This document shows positions 9,899-19,734 of a stretch of 64,000 nt of DNA, in pieces. A model generated the notes under the pieces. That model was given only the letters and a program-made list of their open reading frames with translations. It was not told the DNA's origin and searched no databases. The first letter of the stretch is position 1. Each line of letters begins with the position of its first letter. The DNA comes from Yeguia hominis (GTDB lineage: Bacteria; Bacillota; Clostridia; Oscillospirales; Acutalibacteraceae), in assembly GCF_014384705.1 (NCBI RefSeq), contig NZ_JACRSN010000003.1, positions 125,113 through 189,112 of the forward strand, written 5' to 3'. Both the position numbers and the translations under genes were made by a program.

Positions 9899-10687
9899 AT
9901 GGAAAAAGTCAGAATTCAAAAATGGCTTGCGGAATGCGGCGTGGATTCGCGGCGCGGTGCAGAAAAGCTGGTTGCCGCAGGAATGGTGAAAATCAACGGT
10001 GAGACGGCGCAGATCGGGCAGTCGATCGATCCGAAAAAGGACCGCGTGACCGTAGACGGCAGAGCGGTGCAGCGCGCTTCGCGACAGGTGTATTTGATGC
10101 TGCACAAGCCGCGGGGATACATCACCACCATGCATGACGAGATGGACCGGAAGTGTGTGGCGGAGCTGGTTTCAGAGGTGCCGGAGCGAATTTATCCGGT
10201 CGGACGTCTGGACCGGGAGTCAGAAGGGCTTCTCCTGATGACCAATGACGGCGCGTTCGCCAATCGAATGACGCACCCGTCCAAACACGTGCCGAAAACA
10301 TACCGCGTTACGGTGCGTCCCGGAATTACGGAAGAACAGATTGCGGCCATGACGATGGGAATGGAAATCGACGGCTATCAGACGGCTCCGGCGCAGGTTC
10401 GTGTGCTGGAAGAACAGCCGGGTCGGGCCGTTGTGCAGATTGTGCTGCATGAGGGCCGAAACCGGCAGATCCGCAATATGTGTGAGAAGCTGGGTCTTGA
10501 GGTTGCGCGCCTGAAGCGCACAGCGGTCGGCCAGCTTCGGCTCGGAATGCTGCAGCCGGGTCAGTGGCGGGAGCTCACCCGCGAGGAAGTGCGGATGCTG
10601 CAGGGAAAAGAGAAAACGCCGGAGGAAGCACCGAAAAAGCGCAGAACACCGCCGCGCAGCCGTATGGCCGGAAAAAAGCGGGGATAA
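9899..10687 (+). CDS. rluB: rRNA pseudouridine synthase (RluB/RsuA family)
   Basis: N-terminal S4 domain (IQKWLAECGVDSRRGAEKLV) and the catalytic GRLD motif (YPVGRLDRESEGLLL). Basic C-terminal tail. Confidence 0.85.
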   Translation: MEKVRIQKWLAECGVDSRRGAEKLVAAGMVKINGETAQIGQSIDPKKDRVTVDGRAVQRASRQVYLMLHKPRGYITTMHDEMDRKCVAELVSEVPERIYPVGRLDRESEGLLLMTNDGAFANRMTHPSKHVPKTYRVTVRPGITEEQIAAMTMGMEIDGYQTAPAQVRVLEEQPGRAVVQIVLHEGRNRQIRNMCEKLGLEVARLKRTAVGQLRLGMLQPGQWRELTREEVRMLQGKEKTPEEAPKKRRTPPRSRMAGKKRG

Positions 10688-10710
10688 TGCAAAACAGGGA
10701 GGAAAGCGAA

Positions 10711-11502
10711 ATGGAAGCGGTATTGGAGGCCGTCATTGCGGCTGCAAAAGCTTGCGGAGAACGGATGCTGCAGGCGAAAAAAATCGAATCGTCGGTTTCT
10801 GAAAAAGAGGGAAACGGCAATTTTGTGACGAAATATGACGAAGAAAATCAGGCCTATTTGCGCAAAGAACTTCTGCGGATTTGTCCGGGCGCGCGCTTTA
10901 TCGGCGAAGAGGATGCAAAGCGGGAAGATCCGGGAGTCGGCGAGGCGTTTGTGGTCGATCCGATTGACGGAACGCTCAATTTTATCCGGCACTACGGGCG
11001 CAGCGCGGTGTCGATTGCCCTCTTGCAAAACGGCGAACCGGTTCTCGGCGTGGTGCATGATCCGTATCTTGCAGAGACCTTTTCGGCGATTCTGGGGAAG
11101 GGTGCAACGTGCAACGGAAACCCGATCCGGGTTTCCAGCCGTCCGCTCTGCAAGGGAGTCGCCGGCGTCGGAACGGCGCCGTATTATCCGGAACTCTCGG
11201 CTGTCACGGTGCAGATGGTCGGTACGCTCTTTCAAAATGCGCTCGACATCCGCCGAAGCGGGTCTGCGGCGCTGGATTTGTGCGACGCTGCCTGCGGCCG
11301 GTATGACCTGTTCGTAGAAACCCGTCTCTCTCCGTGGGATCACGCGGCCGGTGCGCTGATCGTCCGGGAGGCGGGCGGGAAAACCTCCACAATGGAAGGC
11401 GGGCCGCTGCCCTTTGACCGGCCGTGTTCGATTGTAGCGGGAAATCCGGCCGCGTATGCGGATTACTGGAAGCTTTCCATTCCGGCGCCGGATGCAGATT
11501 AA
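10711..11502 (+). CDS. Inositol monophosphatase family protein (SuhB-like)
   Basis: DPIDGT motif and WDxAAG motif. Start taken at MEAV behind AGGGAGG. Confidence 0.8.
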   Translation: MEAVLEAVIAAAKACGERMLQAKKIESSVSEKEGNGNFVTKYDEENQAYLRKELLRICPGARFIGEEDAKREDPGVGEAFVVDPIDGTLNFIRHYGRSAVSIALLQNGEPVLGVVHDPYLAETFSAILGKGATCNGNPIRVSSRPLCKGVAGVGTAPYYPELSAVTVQMVGTLFQNALDIRRSGSAALDLCDAACGRYDLFVETRLSPWDHAAGALIVREAGGKTSTMEGGPLPFDRPCSIVAGNPAAYADYWKLSIPAPDAD

Positions 11503-11611
11503 AGTTTTTTTAATTTTGCGGAATTTGCAGCAGAGCGGCGGCTTCGGTGCTATAATGATGCTATAATAAGGACAGAAGAACGCACAAAACGCATCGAAGG
11601 GACAGAAGCGT

Positions 11612-12028
11612 ATGCATATTATTTTATCGGCGCTGGCCGCTTGGGCAATTGCGCAGGGACTGAAGATTGTCATTGGGTTTGCCAAAACGAAAAAGTGGGA
11701 CTGGAGGCTGCTGACCGCTTCCGGTGGAATGCCGAGTTCCCACACCGCGCTGGTCGTTGCGACTTCCTGCCGGGTAGGAATGCTGGAGGGCTTTGAATCT
11801 ACCGCGTTTGCGGTTTGCGTGGTTTTGAGCATGATCGTCATGTACGACGCGGTGAACGTGAGACAGTCGGTGGGCGTGCAGGCCAAAAAACTCAATCAGA
11901 TTTTGGAAACATTTCGAAAGAGCGGACATCTCGACGAGGACGGCGTGAAAGAAATTTTGGGACATACCCCGCTGCAGGTTGCCGGCGGATTTGTAATCGG
12001 CCTTTTGGTGGGGCTGGTGGAGTTGTAA
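11612..12028 (+). CDS. Divergent PAP2 family membrane protein (YuiD/DUF212-like)
   Basis: Small membrane protein with the MPSSHTA motif typical of divergent PAP2 proteins. Confidence 0.7.
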   Translation: MHIILSALAAWAIAQGLKIVIGFAKTKKWDWRLLTASGGMPSSHTALVVATSCRVGMLEGFESTAFAVCVVLSMIVMYDAVNVRQSVGVQAKKLNQILETFRKSGHLDEDGVKEILGHTPLQVAGGFVIGLLVGLVEL

Positions 12029-12487
12029 ATGCCGGAAGCCTGGAGGTGCATGCAAAGGATGGAATTTTTCAAGCGTTGGTTTTCAAAGCGCGAACGTGCG
12101 GAAGCGTTTTCGGTTGCATTTCCGGAATTCGTAAAAGTTACGCTTGTCGTCTGCTCAAAGCAATGCGGAACCGTAGACAAGTCGATAAACGGCGAAACGG
12201 TGATCTGCGAAAATTGCGGGAAAATAATGCGGCAGACCGCTTTTGAGCGGACATACCGCATTCGTGGGAATGCGCTGCGCCCCAGACGGTTCGAACGGTA
12301 TCCGGATTCGGAATATTTGGATCCGAAAAAGCTCTGTTTCGATTTTGAGGAAGAAGAATCGGTTGCTTATGCGGTTTGTAACCACGGCTGCGGGTTTGCA
12401 GCGCTGATTTCCGATGGCGGTTCTCAGATTTGTCCGAGGTGCGGCGGAATTCTGTTTCGCGAATGTGTCGGAAACTACGAAAAGTAA
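12029..12487 (+). CDS. Hypothetical double zinc-ribbon protein
   Basis: Two CxxC...CxxC pairs (CSKQCG/CENCG and CNHGCG/CPRCGG). ATG overlaps the PAP2 stop (TAAATG), suggesting translational coupling. Confidence 0.5.
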   Translation: MPEAWRCMQRMEFFKRWFSKRERAEAFSVAFPEFVKVTLVVCSKQCGTVDKSINGETVICENCGKIMRQTAFERTYRIRGNALRPRRFERYPDSEYLDPKKLCFDFEEEESVAYAVCNHGCGFAALISDGGSQICPRCGGILFRECVGNYEK

Positions 12488-12540
12488 AAATGCGCTCGGT
12501 GCGGGGGAAAATCCGCGTCGGGCGCATTTTGCGTTTTGTG
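12487..12540. terminator. Bidirectional Rho-independent terminator between convergent genes
   Basis: AAAATGCGC ... GCGCATTTT stem with an inner GC hairpin, followed by TTTTGCGTTTTGTGTTTTT. Confidence 0.7.
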
Positions 12541-12577
12541 TTTTTATTTCATTTCATTTCAAAAAATCACGTTTGGC

Positions 12578-14401
12578 TTACTGTGCAGAAGGTTCGCATT
12601 CTTCCGCAGCAAAATAGACCGCGCCGACAGCCTGGGCAAACTGCGCGACGGTGTAATGAGGATCGGCCGCCAGGCGTTTCATCAGCGGCGTACAGGCGAG
12701 GGAGTCGTCGGCAAGCTGGAGCGTGAAGCGGTCGGTGACGCGTCGGACGCCCTCCTGCAAAAGGGCAAAACAGGTGGGCTCTTTGACAAGACGGCCGAAA
12801 AGTATGCGCACGTCGGTTTTTGGGTGCAGAATTTCGTCGATTTCCAGAAGCGCGGCGGCAAAGGCCTCTCCGTGCATGCGGAAGAGTTCTTTGACGGATT
12901 CCGGCGCATCCTTGCTGCCTGCAAGCTGCATCAGGAACGCGAGAAACGGTTTGCGCAGATCCTCCGGCGCAGTCGGTACGGATAAAACGCCGTTCTGCAG
13001 TGTGAAATATCCTTTATCGAGCAGGGCATGATAGCGCGCGGGGTCGGATTTCGGCAGCATGGTAGCGGCAAAATGAAACATGGCGACTTGCCCCACCTGA
13101 CGCTCAAGTGTGCCGCAAAGGCCGGTGTCGGAGTTGCGTGTGCTGCGGATGTCGCTGGCAGGGATCTTTCTTCCCGGTTCGTTTCCAAGATCCGTGATGA
13201 AATTGTAAAGTTCCATCGGAATTTCCGGGATTACTCCGGCTTCGTCCACCCAGCCGTTGCCAATTCCGGTCCCGATTGGATTGGCAAATACGCCGTTTTG
13301 AATGGTGTTTGGATGCGCAACGGAGAGCTCCACCGCCGCTGTATAGGCCGCCATGTGGCCGTCGTTGACGCAGCGAACGACGCCTCCTGTTTTACAGAGC
13401 AGCCGGAGTACCTCGCAGAGATTTGTAAGTTTGGCAAATTCCGTCTCATAATCGACGTTTGGATTGGCCCGCATCCCTGCAGTTTTCGGCGTTTCCCCGC
13501 CGACCAGCCGGTTGCGGATGACGACATCCGGATAGGAAAGGCCGATTCCGTCAAGAATCTGGACGTCGTCGCCGAGCGCAGCCTCGACTTTTTCACAGCA
13601 GAGCAGCATCTCTCCATCCGGCGCGTCTTTTCGGAGCGCCCGATCCATTTCTGTGCGCAGGCCAGCAAGGGCTTCTGTCGGTTCTGCCTGCTGCCGAAGC
13701 AGGAGCGCGTAATCATCGCGCAAAAGCCGGGTAATCAGCAAAAGCGGCGCAATCGTCCGCTGCGCAGTGGGGAAGGATGCGGGGTTCCAGTCGTATTCCT
13801 TGAAGCGGAGAAACGTCCCGTTTGCGGCAAGACAGGCTTTGATATCGGTCCCACCAACATCCAGTCCGCACAGAACGTGTCCGGCTGCAGATGCGATGGC
13901 GCGCTGAAATCCGGCGGAGACGCCGCTCGGGTTTGCAGCTGGTTTTATAGGGAGCGGACGGTATTCGGAGAGCGGCGCAAACTCCATGAAAAACGGGCCG
14001 CAGCCGAGCGCGTGATTCATCCGGTCGGCAACGTTGATGCACTTGCCGTATCCGGTTCGTGCGGCGCGCGGGAGACCGACGCCAAAAACGGTGGGAAGAT
14101 CCGCAAACAGCGCGGAGAGCGCTGCAATGGCGGGGTCCAGATAAACCGTCAGGCAGCGTCCGCCGTAAGCGGAGAGAATATTATAGATCCGCGCGTGGAG
14201 ATATCGCCGGAGAAAGCCGGTTTCCTCCGGCGTTTTGGGCAGAATGAGCGGCAGGCGTGTTTCGTAGAAACGGCCTTCCTGTGCAAGCGCAAGGCGCATG
14301 GGGACAGAGCATGCGCCTTGCGCGGTTTGAAGCGCTTTCTGTACCGTATGAAGATAGACCGGTTGTCCGGATCTGGCCATCTGCAAAAAGGACTCGAGCA
14401 T
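12578..14401 (-). CDS. Large ROK/BadF-type sugar-kinase-fold ATPase-like protein with N- and C-terminal extensions, function unknown
   Basis: LCGLDVGGTDIKA (DxGGT phosphate-1), VNDGHMAAY and GTGIGNG motifs of the ROK/ASKHA fold. Total length about 607 aa. No CxCGxxGC zinc motif. Start at MLESF behind AGGAGG. Confidence 0.55.
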   Translation of the reverse strand: MLESFLQMARSGQPVYLHTVQKALQTAQGACSVPMRLALAQEGRFYETRLPLILPKTPEETGFLRRYLHARIYNILSAYGGRCLTVYLDPAIAALSALFADLPTVFGVGLPRAARTGYGKCINVADRMNHALGCGPFFMEFAPLSEYRPLPIKPAANPSGVSAGFQRAIASAAGHVLCGLDVGGTDIKACLAANGTFLRFKEYDWNPASFPTAQRTIAPLLLITRLLRDDYALLLRQQAEPTEALAGLRTEMDRALRKDAPDGEMLLCCEKVEAALGDDVQILDGIGLSYPDVVIRNRLVGGETPKTAGMRANPNVDYETEFAKLTNLCEVLRLLCKTGGVVRCVNDGHMAAYTAAVELSVAHPNTIQNGVFANPIGTGIGNGWVDEAGVIPEIPMELYNFITDLGNEPGRKIPASDIRSTRNSDTGLCGTLERQVGQVAMFHFAATMLPKSDPARYHALLDKGYFTLQNGVLSVPTAPEDLRKPFLAFLMQLAGSKDAPESVKELFRMHGEAFAAALLEIDEILHPKTDVRILFGRLVKEPTCFALLQEGVRRVTDRFTLQLADDSLACTPLMKRLAADPHYTVAQFAQAVGAVYFAAEECEPSAQ

Positions 14402-14600
14402 GACAGGCGACCTCCTGAATCGAATTTGCATTTATGATAGCATTTTTTCGGAATTGTGTCCACAAAAGTTGCATTTAAAAGGGAAAGCTGGTAAAATATA
14501 AAAAGGCTATTTAGAATATAAAACACACGAAAAAGGTTCTAAAAGCTGGTACAAGAAATGGAGAAAGGAAGAGAGGGAATTTGCCCTCTGGTGTGGCAGT

Positions 14601-15479
14601 ATGGTTAGAAGCATGACCGGATATGGCCGGGCAGAAGGCGCAGCGGACGGCCGGAACATCGTGGTGGAGATCAAATCCGTCAATCACCGGTATTTCGAGT
14701 TTTCGTCCCGTGTAACGCGCGGCTACGGCTTCTTGGAAGAAAAACTCAAATCTTATCTGCAGGAGCGGATTTCCCGCGGAAAGACAGACGCCTATGTCTC
14801 TGTGGAAATTCCGGAGGATTCGGCAGTTGTGGTGCAGCTCAATCATCCGCTTGCGGCAGGTTATCTTGGCGCAATGCGGGAACTCTCGGAAAAGTATGGG
14901 CTTGCAAATGACGTGACGGTTTCGGTCCTGTCCCGGTATTCCGACATTTTTACAGTGCGGAAACCGCCGGAAGACGAGGCTGCAGTTTGGAATGCGGTCC
15001 GGCAGATTGCCGATGAAGCAATTGCGCGGTTTATCGCCATGCGGGAAACAGAAGGCGCCCGTCTGCGCGAAGATGTCTGCGCGCGTGCAGAGACGATTCG
15101 CTCCATTGTGGAGAAAATTGAAGCGCGTTCTCCGCAGACGGTTGCAGAATACCGCCAGCGTCTGAAAAATAAAATCGAGGAGCTGCTAAACGGCGCGACA
15201 GTGGATGAGCAGCGTTTGCTGACCGAGACTGCGATTTTTGCAGATAAAATTGCGGTGGAAGAAGAAACGGTGCGTCTGCGCAGCCATTTAAAGCAGCTGG
15301 ATGAAATGATGGAATCGGGCGGCGCAATCGGCCGGAAGCTGGATTTCCTGGTGCAGGAAATGAACCGCGAGGCGAACACCATCGGTTCCAAAGCGGTGGA
15401 TTCCCAGATTGCCTATATGGTTGTGGATATCAAGGCGGAAATCGAAAAAATCAGGGAACAGATTCAAAATATAGAATGA
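14601..15479 (+). CDS. yicC: YicC/YloC family stress-induced protein
   Basis: N-terminal MTGYGRAEG...[10 protein letters not shown] and C-terminal DUF1732 region. TTGCAT-17-TAAAAT promoter lies upstream. Confidence 0.85.
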   Translation: MVRSMTGYGRAEGAADGRNIVVEIKSVNHRYFEFSSRVTRGYGFLEEKLKSYLQERISRGKTDAYVSVEIPEDSAVVVQLNHPLAAGYLGAMRELSEKYGLANDVTVSVLSRYSDIFTVRKPPEDEAAVWNAVRQIADEAIARFIAMRETEGARLREDVCARAETIRSIVEKIEARSPQTVAEYRQRLKNKIEELLNGATVDEQRLLTETAIFADKIAVEEETVRLRSHLKQLDEMMESGGAIGRKLDFLVQEMNREANTIGSKAVDSQIAYMVVDIKAEIEKIREQIQNIE

Positions 15480-15489
15480 GGGATCTTGC

Positions 15490-15762
15490 GTGAAACTTAT
15501 CAATATCGGATTTGGAAATATGGTGTCTGCAAATCGAATTATTGCGATTGTAAGCCCGGAATCGGCGCCGATCAAACGTATTATTCAGGACGCCAAAGAG
15601 CGCGGCAGCTTGATCGATGCGACTTATGGCCGCCGGACGCGCGCGGTGATCATGACGGACAGCGATCATGTCATTTTGTCGGCCATTCAGCCGGAAACGG
15701 TGGCGAACCGCCTCAATGACAGCAGCGATTCCGACGAGGAGGAGCTGGAAGAAGATGCCTGA
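15490..15762 (+). CDS. remA: RemA/DUF370 family regulatory protein
   Basis: [30 protein letters not shown] typical of RemA/YlzA. Acidic C-terminal tail. Confidence 0.85.
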   Translation: MKLINIGFGNMVSANRIIAIVSPESAPIKRIIQDAKERGSLIDATYGRRTRAVIMTDSDHVILSAIQPETVANRLNDSSDSDEEELEEDA

Positions 15763-16327
15763 TAAGGGACTACTGATTGTTTTTTCCGGACCTTCCGGGA
15801 CGGGAAAAGACACCGTGCTGGATGTGCTTTTGCGGGAAACCGATACGGTAAAAAAATCTGTTTCGGCGACAACGCGCGCACCGCGTGAAGGAGAACGCGA
15901 CGGTGTTGATTACCACTTTATTTCGAGAGACCAGTTCCTTTCGCTGATTGAACGCGGCGAGATGCTGGAATATGCAGAATATGTTGGGAATTTCTACGGT
16001 ACGCCGCTTGGCCCTGTCCGTGAATGGACAGAAAAGGGCATCGATGTGATCCTCAAAATTGAGGTGCAGGGCGGCGCGATTGTCCGAGAAAAATGTCCGG
16101 ACAGCATTGGAATTTTCATTTTGCCGCCGTCTGTGGAAGAGCTGGAGCGGCGCCTGCGCGGACGCGGAACGGATGACGAGGCAGCCGTCCAAAAACGGCT
16201 TGCAACGGCGGTCGAGGAAATGAAGTGTGCGGATGCATATGATTACACGGTCGTCAACGACAATGTGGAGCGCGCTGTGCAGGAAATCCGCACCATTTTA
16301 GCCGAAGAAAAGGCGAAACGCGGCTGA
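15755..16327 (+). CDS. gmk: Guanylate kinase
   Basis: P-loop GPSGTGK. The ATG overlaps the end of remA. Confidence 0.9.
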   Translation: MPDKGLLIVFSGPSGTGKDTVLDVLLRETDTVKKSVSATTRAPREGERDGVDYHFISRDQFLSLIERGEMLEYAEYVGNFYGTPLGPVREWTEKGIDVILKIEVQGGAIVREKCPDSIGIFILPPSVEELERRLRGRGTDDEAAVQKRLATAVEEMKCADAYDYTVVNDNVERAVQEIRTILAEEKAKRG

Positions 16328-16486
16328 TGCTGCCGGCCTTCACGCAGAATCTGCAAAACGATGGTTTTGCAGCGCGTGGTTGCCGAAAACGCGCCGCATG
16401 CCCAAAGGCGTTTGGTCACTTATGAAATAGATCGTTTCAAATCGTAATTTTATCATGCAAGGAAGATTGGAAGAGGTGCTGATCGT

Positions 16487-16717
16487 ATGTTAAAACCGTC
16501 TGCTGATCCGGCGTTGTCCGGAAACCGTTATTCTCTTGTGATTGCCGTTGCAAAACGCGCAAGAGAGATTGCTGAAGATGCAGAAAACAAAGGGGAAATT
16601 TTAGTAGAGAAACCGGTGGATCTCGCAGTGCAGGAATATATGGATCACAAATTCCATATTGTTCCGGCGAAAGAGCCGGATGAAGAAGAACCGAAAGATG
16701 AGCCGGTCGAGTCCTGA
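16487..16717 (+). CDS. rpoZ: DNA-directed RNA polymerase subunit omega
   Basis: Conserved N-terminus (SGNRYSLVIAVAKRAREI) and length (76 aa) typical of Firmicute omega subunits. Confidence 0.85.
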   Translation: MLKPSADPALSGNRYSLVIAVAKRAREIAEDAENKGEILVEKPVDLAVQEYMDHKFHIVPAKEPDEEEPKDEPVES

Positions 16718-19163
16718 ACCGGCAGTGCGGATTGCTGCGGTTGCGGTTGAGGGCGCGCTCTATCATTTTGACCGGGCGTTTTCTTATCGGGTTCCGCAGC
16801 CGCTTTGGGACGCTGCAAAGCCGGGGTGCCGTGTTACGGTGCCGTTTGGCAAAGGAAACCGGATGCGGACAGGCATGCTGCTCTCCGTAGAACCTGCACA
16901 GGTGCTGCCGGAGGCGGAAATGAAGGAGATTGTAGCTGTGCTGGATCAGGCGCCGCTGCTTTCTTTGGAATTATTGCGTCTGGCGGAGTGGATGCGGGAG
17001 CGGTACTTTTGTACGCTCTATGACGCAGTTCGGGTGTTGCTTCCGGCGGGATTTCGGGTGCAGGTACGCCGGGAAATTTCGGCGGCCAAAGGTATGGATG
17101 TGCCGGCAACACTGCCGCCGGCGCAGAAGCAGATTTTGCAAACACTTGCCCGGAAACGGAAGCCTGCGCCGCTGACCGATGTTTTGGCGGCGGCATGCGC
17201 AAATTTCGAGGACGCGCGGGCCTTGTCGGAGCAGGGCCTTGTGCACATCACGGACGGTGCGGCCCGAAAAGTGGCGGATGCCGTGAACCGGATGGTGCGC
17301 GTCCGGACAGACTGGGAAGAGACGCCGCTTCCGAAAAAACAGGAATGTGTATACCGCTTCCTTTGCGAGACCGGTGCGGTTTCGCAAAAGGAGCTTTGTT
17401 ATTATACGGGTGTTACGCCCGGCGTGGTTGTCGCGCTTGCAGAAAAAGGCGCGGTCGAATGCTTCGACGCCGAAACGTTCCGCAATCCGTACGCAGATGT
17501 GGAGCCGGATGAAACGCCGCAGGAAATTTGTCTTTCTCCGGAACAGGAAGGTGCATTCCGGCAGATTTCCGGGCTTCTGGAAAAAGAGGAGGGCGGCGCG
17601 GCGCTGCTTTACGGCGTGACCGGAAGCGGAAAAACCTCGGTGTATCTGCGCCTGGTCGACCAGGTTTATGCGCAGGGCCGCGGCGTGATCGTCATGGTGC
17701 CGGAAATTTCTCTGACACCGCAGACTGTGTCGCTGTTTCACAAGCGGTACGGGAAAGGCGTCGCGGTGTTCCACAGCGGGCTGTCGCTAGGTGAACGGCT
17801 TGACGAATGGAAACGGGTCAAAAACGGATCGGCCAAAATTGCGGTCGGCACGCGTTCGGCGGTGTTTGCGCCATTTGACGATATCGGCCTCATCGTCATG
17901 GACGAAGAGCAGGAGTACACCTACAAATCGGAATCTGCACCGCGGTTCCATGCGCGGGAAGTAGCGCGGTTCCGGTGCGCCTATCACAAAGCGGTCTTGC
18001 TGCTTTCTTCGGCGACGCCGTCGATAGAAAGCCGGTATGCAGCAGAGCGGGGCCTTTACACGTTTGCGCGGATTTCCTCTCGATATGGCGGCGCGGTCTT
18101 GCCGGAAGTATCGGTTGTAGATATGAACGAAGAGCGTTTGGGCGGCAATCGCTCCGTTTTCAGCGAACAACTGCTTTCGGCGCTGCGGGAAAACACCGCG
18201 CAGGGGCGCCAGTCGATTCTGCTGCTGAATCGGCGCGGATACCGCACGTTGGCAATCTGCCGGGCGTGCCGGGAGGTCGTGACCTGTCCGCATTGCAGTA
18301 TTTCTTTGACGTATCACGCAGCAAACGGCCGGCTGGTGTGTCACTACTGCGGGTATTCTGTTCCGGTGACAGAGGTCTGTCCGCACTGTCACGAGCCGAA
18401 GGTGGACTATCTCGGCGCCGGGACGCAGCGCGCGGAAGAAGAACTGACGTCGCTTTTGCCGGATGCGCGGGTTTTGCGGATCGATACCGATTCGGCGATG
18501 ACACGCGCGTCCTATGAAACCTATATGCAGGCGTTTTCCGGCGGGAAATATGATATTCTGGTCGGGACGCAGATGGTGGCGAAGGGGCTCGATTTTCCGA
18601 ACGTGACGCTGGTCGGCGTGCTTTCGGCGGATCAGGCGCTGTACAGCGACGATTTCCGGAGCACAGAGCGCGCATTTGACCTTTTGACGCAGGTCGTGGG
18701 GCGCTCCGGGCGCGGCAATTTGCGCGGCGAAGCGATCATCCAGACCTTTACACCGGAAAATCCGGTGATTCAGATGGCGGCCCGACAGGATTACGAGACC
18801 TTTTATGCCGGCGAACTTCAGTTCCGAAAAGCAATGCTTTACCCGCCGTTTGCCGACTTTTGCGTAGCCGGTTTTTCCGGGACGCAGGAGGCGCTGGTGC
18901 GGGAGGCGGCGTTTGCGTTTTTGGAAAGCTTGCGGGAGGCGGCTGACCGGCAGGAACCGAAGCTCCCCATTCGGGTGCTTGCGCCGTCGGCGGCGCTGGT
19001 GTCCAAGGTCAGCAACAAATACCGATACCGGCTGATTGTGAAATGCCGCAATAACCGCGCGTTTCGCACGATGATGGCAGAACTGCTGCGGGCGTTTCAG
19101 CGCCGGCGGGAATATGCGGAGGTTTCGGTGTTTCTCGATATCAATCCGGATCGGGTATTATAA
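16698..19163 (+). CDS. priA: Primosomal protein N' (PriA helicase)
   Basis: Walker A (GVTGSGKT), DEAD-like DEEQE and a zinc-binding CxxC cluster (CPHCSISLTYH...CHYCGY...CPHC). Confidence 0.9.
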   Translation: MSRSSPEPAVRIAAVAVEGALYHFDRAFSYRVPQPLWDAAKPGCRVTVPFGKGNRMRTGMLLSVEPAQVLPEAEMKEIVAVLDQAPLLSLELLRLAEWMRERYFCTLYDAVRVLLPAGFRVQVRREISAAKGMDVPATLPPAQKQILQTLARKRKPAPLTDVLAAACANFEDARALSEQGLVHITDGAARKVADAVNRMVRVRTDWEETPLPKKQECVYRFLCETGAVSQKELCYYTGVTPGVVVALAEKGAVECFDAETFRNPYADVEPDETPQEICLSPEQEGAFRQISGLLEKEEGGAALLYGVTGSGKTSVYLRLVDQVYAQGRGVIVMVPEISLTPQTVSLFHKRYGKGVAVFHSGLSLGERLDEWKRVKNGSAKIAVGTRSAVFAPFDDIGLIVMDEEQEYTYKSESAPRFHAREVARFRCAYHKAVLLLSSATPSIESRYAAERGLYTFARISSRYGGAVLPEVSVVDMNEERLGGNRSVFSEQLLSALRENTAQGRQSILLLNRRGYRTLAICRACREVVTCPHCSISLTYHAANGRLVCHYCGYSVPVTEVCPHCHEPKVDYLGAGTQRAEEELTSLLPDARVLRIDTDSAMTRASYETYMQAFSGGKYDILVGTQMVAKGLDFPNVTLVGVLSADQALYSDDFRSTERAFDLLTQVVGRSGRGNLRGEAIIQTFTPENPVIQMAARQDYETFYAGELQFRKAMLYPPFADFCVAGFSGTQEALVREAAFAFLESLREAADRQEPKLPIRVLAPSAALVSKVSNKYRYRLIVKCRNNRAFRTMMAELLRAFQRRREYAEVSVFLDINPDRVL

Positions 19164-19229
19164 GTAATAGAGAAAACAGGAGATAAAAACAGCAAAATTC
19201 CGCGCAGAGCGGGGAATGGATGGTGCAAG

Positions 19230-19733
19230 ATGGCAATTCGAAATATTGTAACGGAAGGCGACGAGATCCTGACAAAAGTATGCCGGCCGGTTGAAAAATT
19301 TGACGGCAAGCTTGGACAGCTGCTCGACGATATGTATGAGACCATGCAGGAAGCAAACGGCGTCGGACTTGCCGCGCCGCAGGTGGGAATTCGCCGCCGG
19401 ATTGTAGTGATTGATGTCGGGGAAGGCCCGATAGAGCTGATGAATCCGGAAATTCTGCGCGAAAGCGAAGAGATGGACGAAGATACGGAAGGCTGTCTCT
19501 CGTTTCCCGGAAAATATGGCCTTGTAAAGCGTCCGCGCAGCGTCACAGTTCGCGCACAGGATCGGGACGGCAACTTGTTTGAACTGGAAGGCGAAGGCCT
19601 TCTGGCGAGAGCTTTTTGTCATGAGATCGATCATCTCGACGGCGTTCTGTTTATTACGCGCGTAAGCCGGATGCTGTCGCAGGAAGAACTGATAGAGATA
19701 CTCTCCAAACGGGAGCGGGAAGAGGACGAATAA
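19230..19733 (+). CDS. def: Peptide deformylase
   Basis: GxGxAAPQ, EGCLS and HEIDH motifs. Confidence 0.9.
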   Translation: MAIRNIVTEGDEILTKVCRPVEKFDGKLGQLLDDMYETMQEANGVGLAAPQVGIRRRIVVIDVGEGPIELMNPEILRESEEMDEDTEGCLSFPGKYGLVKRPRSVTVRAQDRDGNLFELEGEGLLARAFCHEIDHLDGVLFITRVSRMLSQEELIEILSKREREEDE

Positions 19734-19734
19734 G

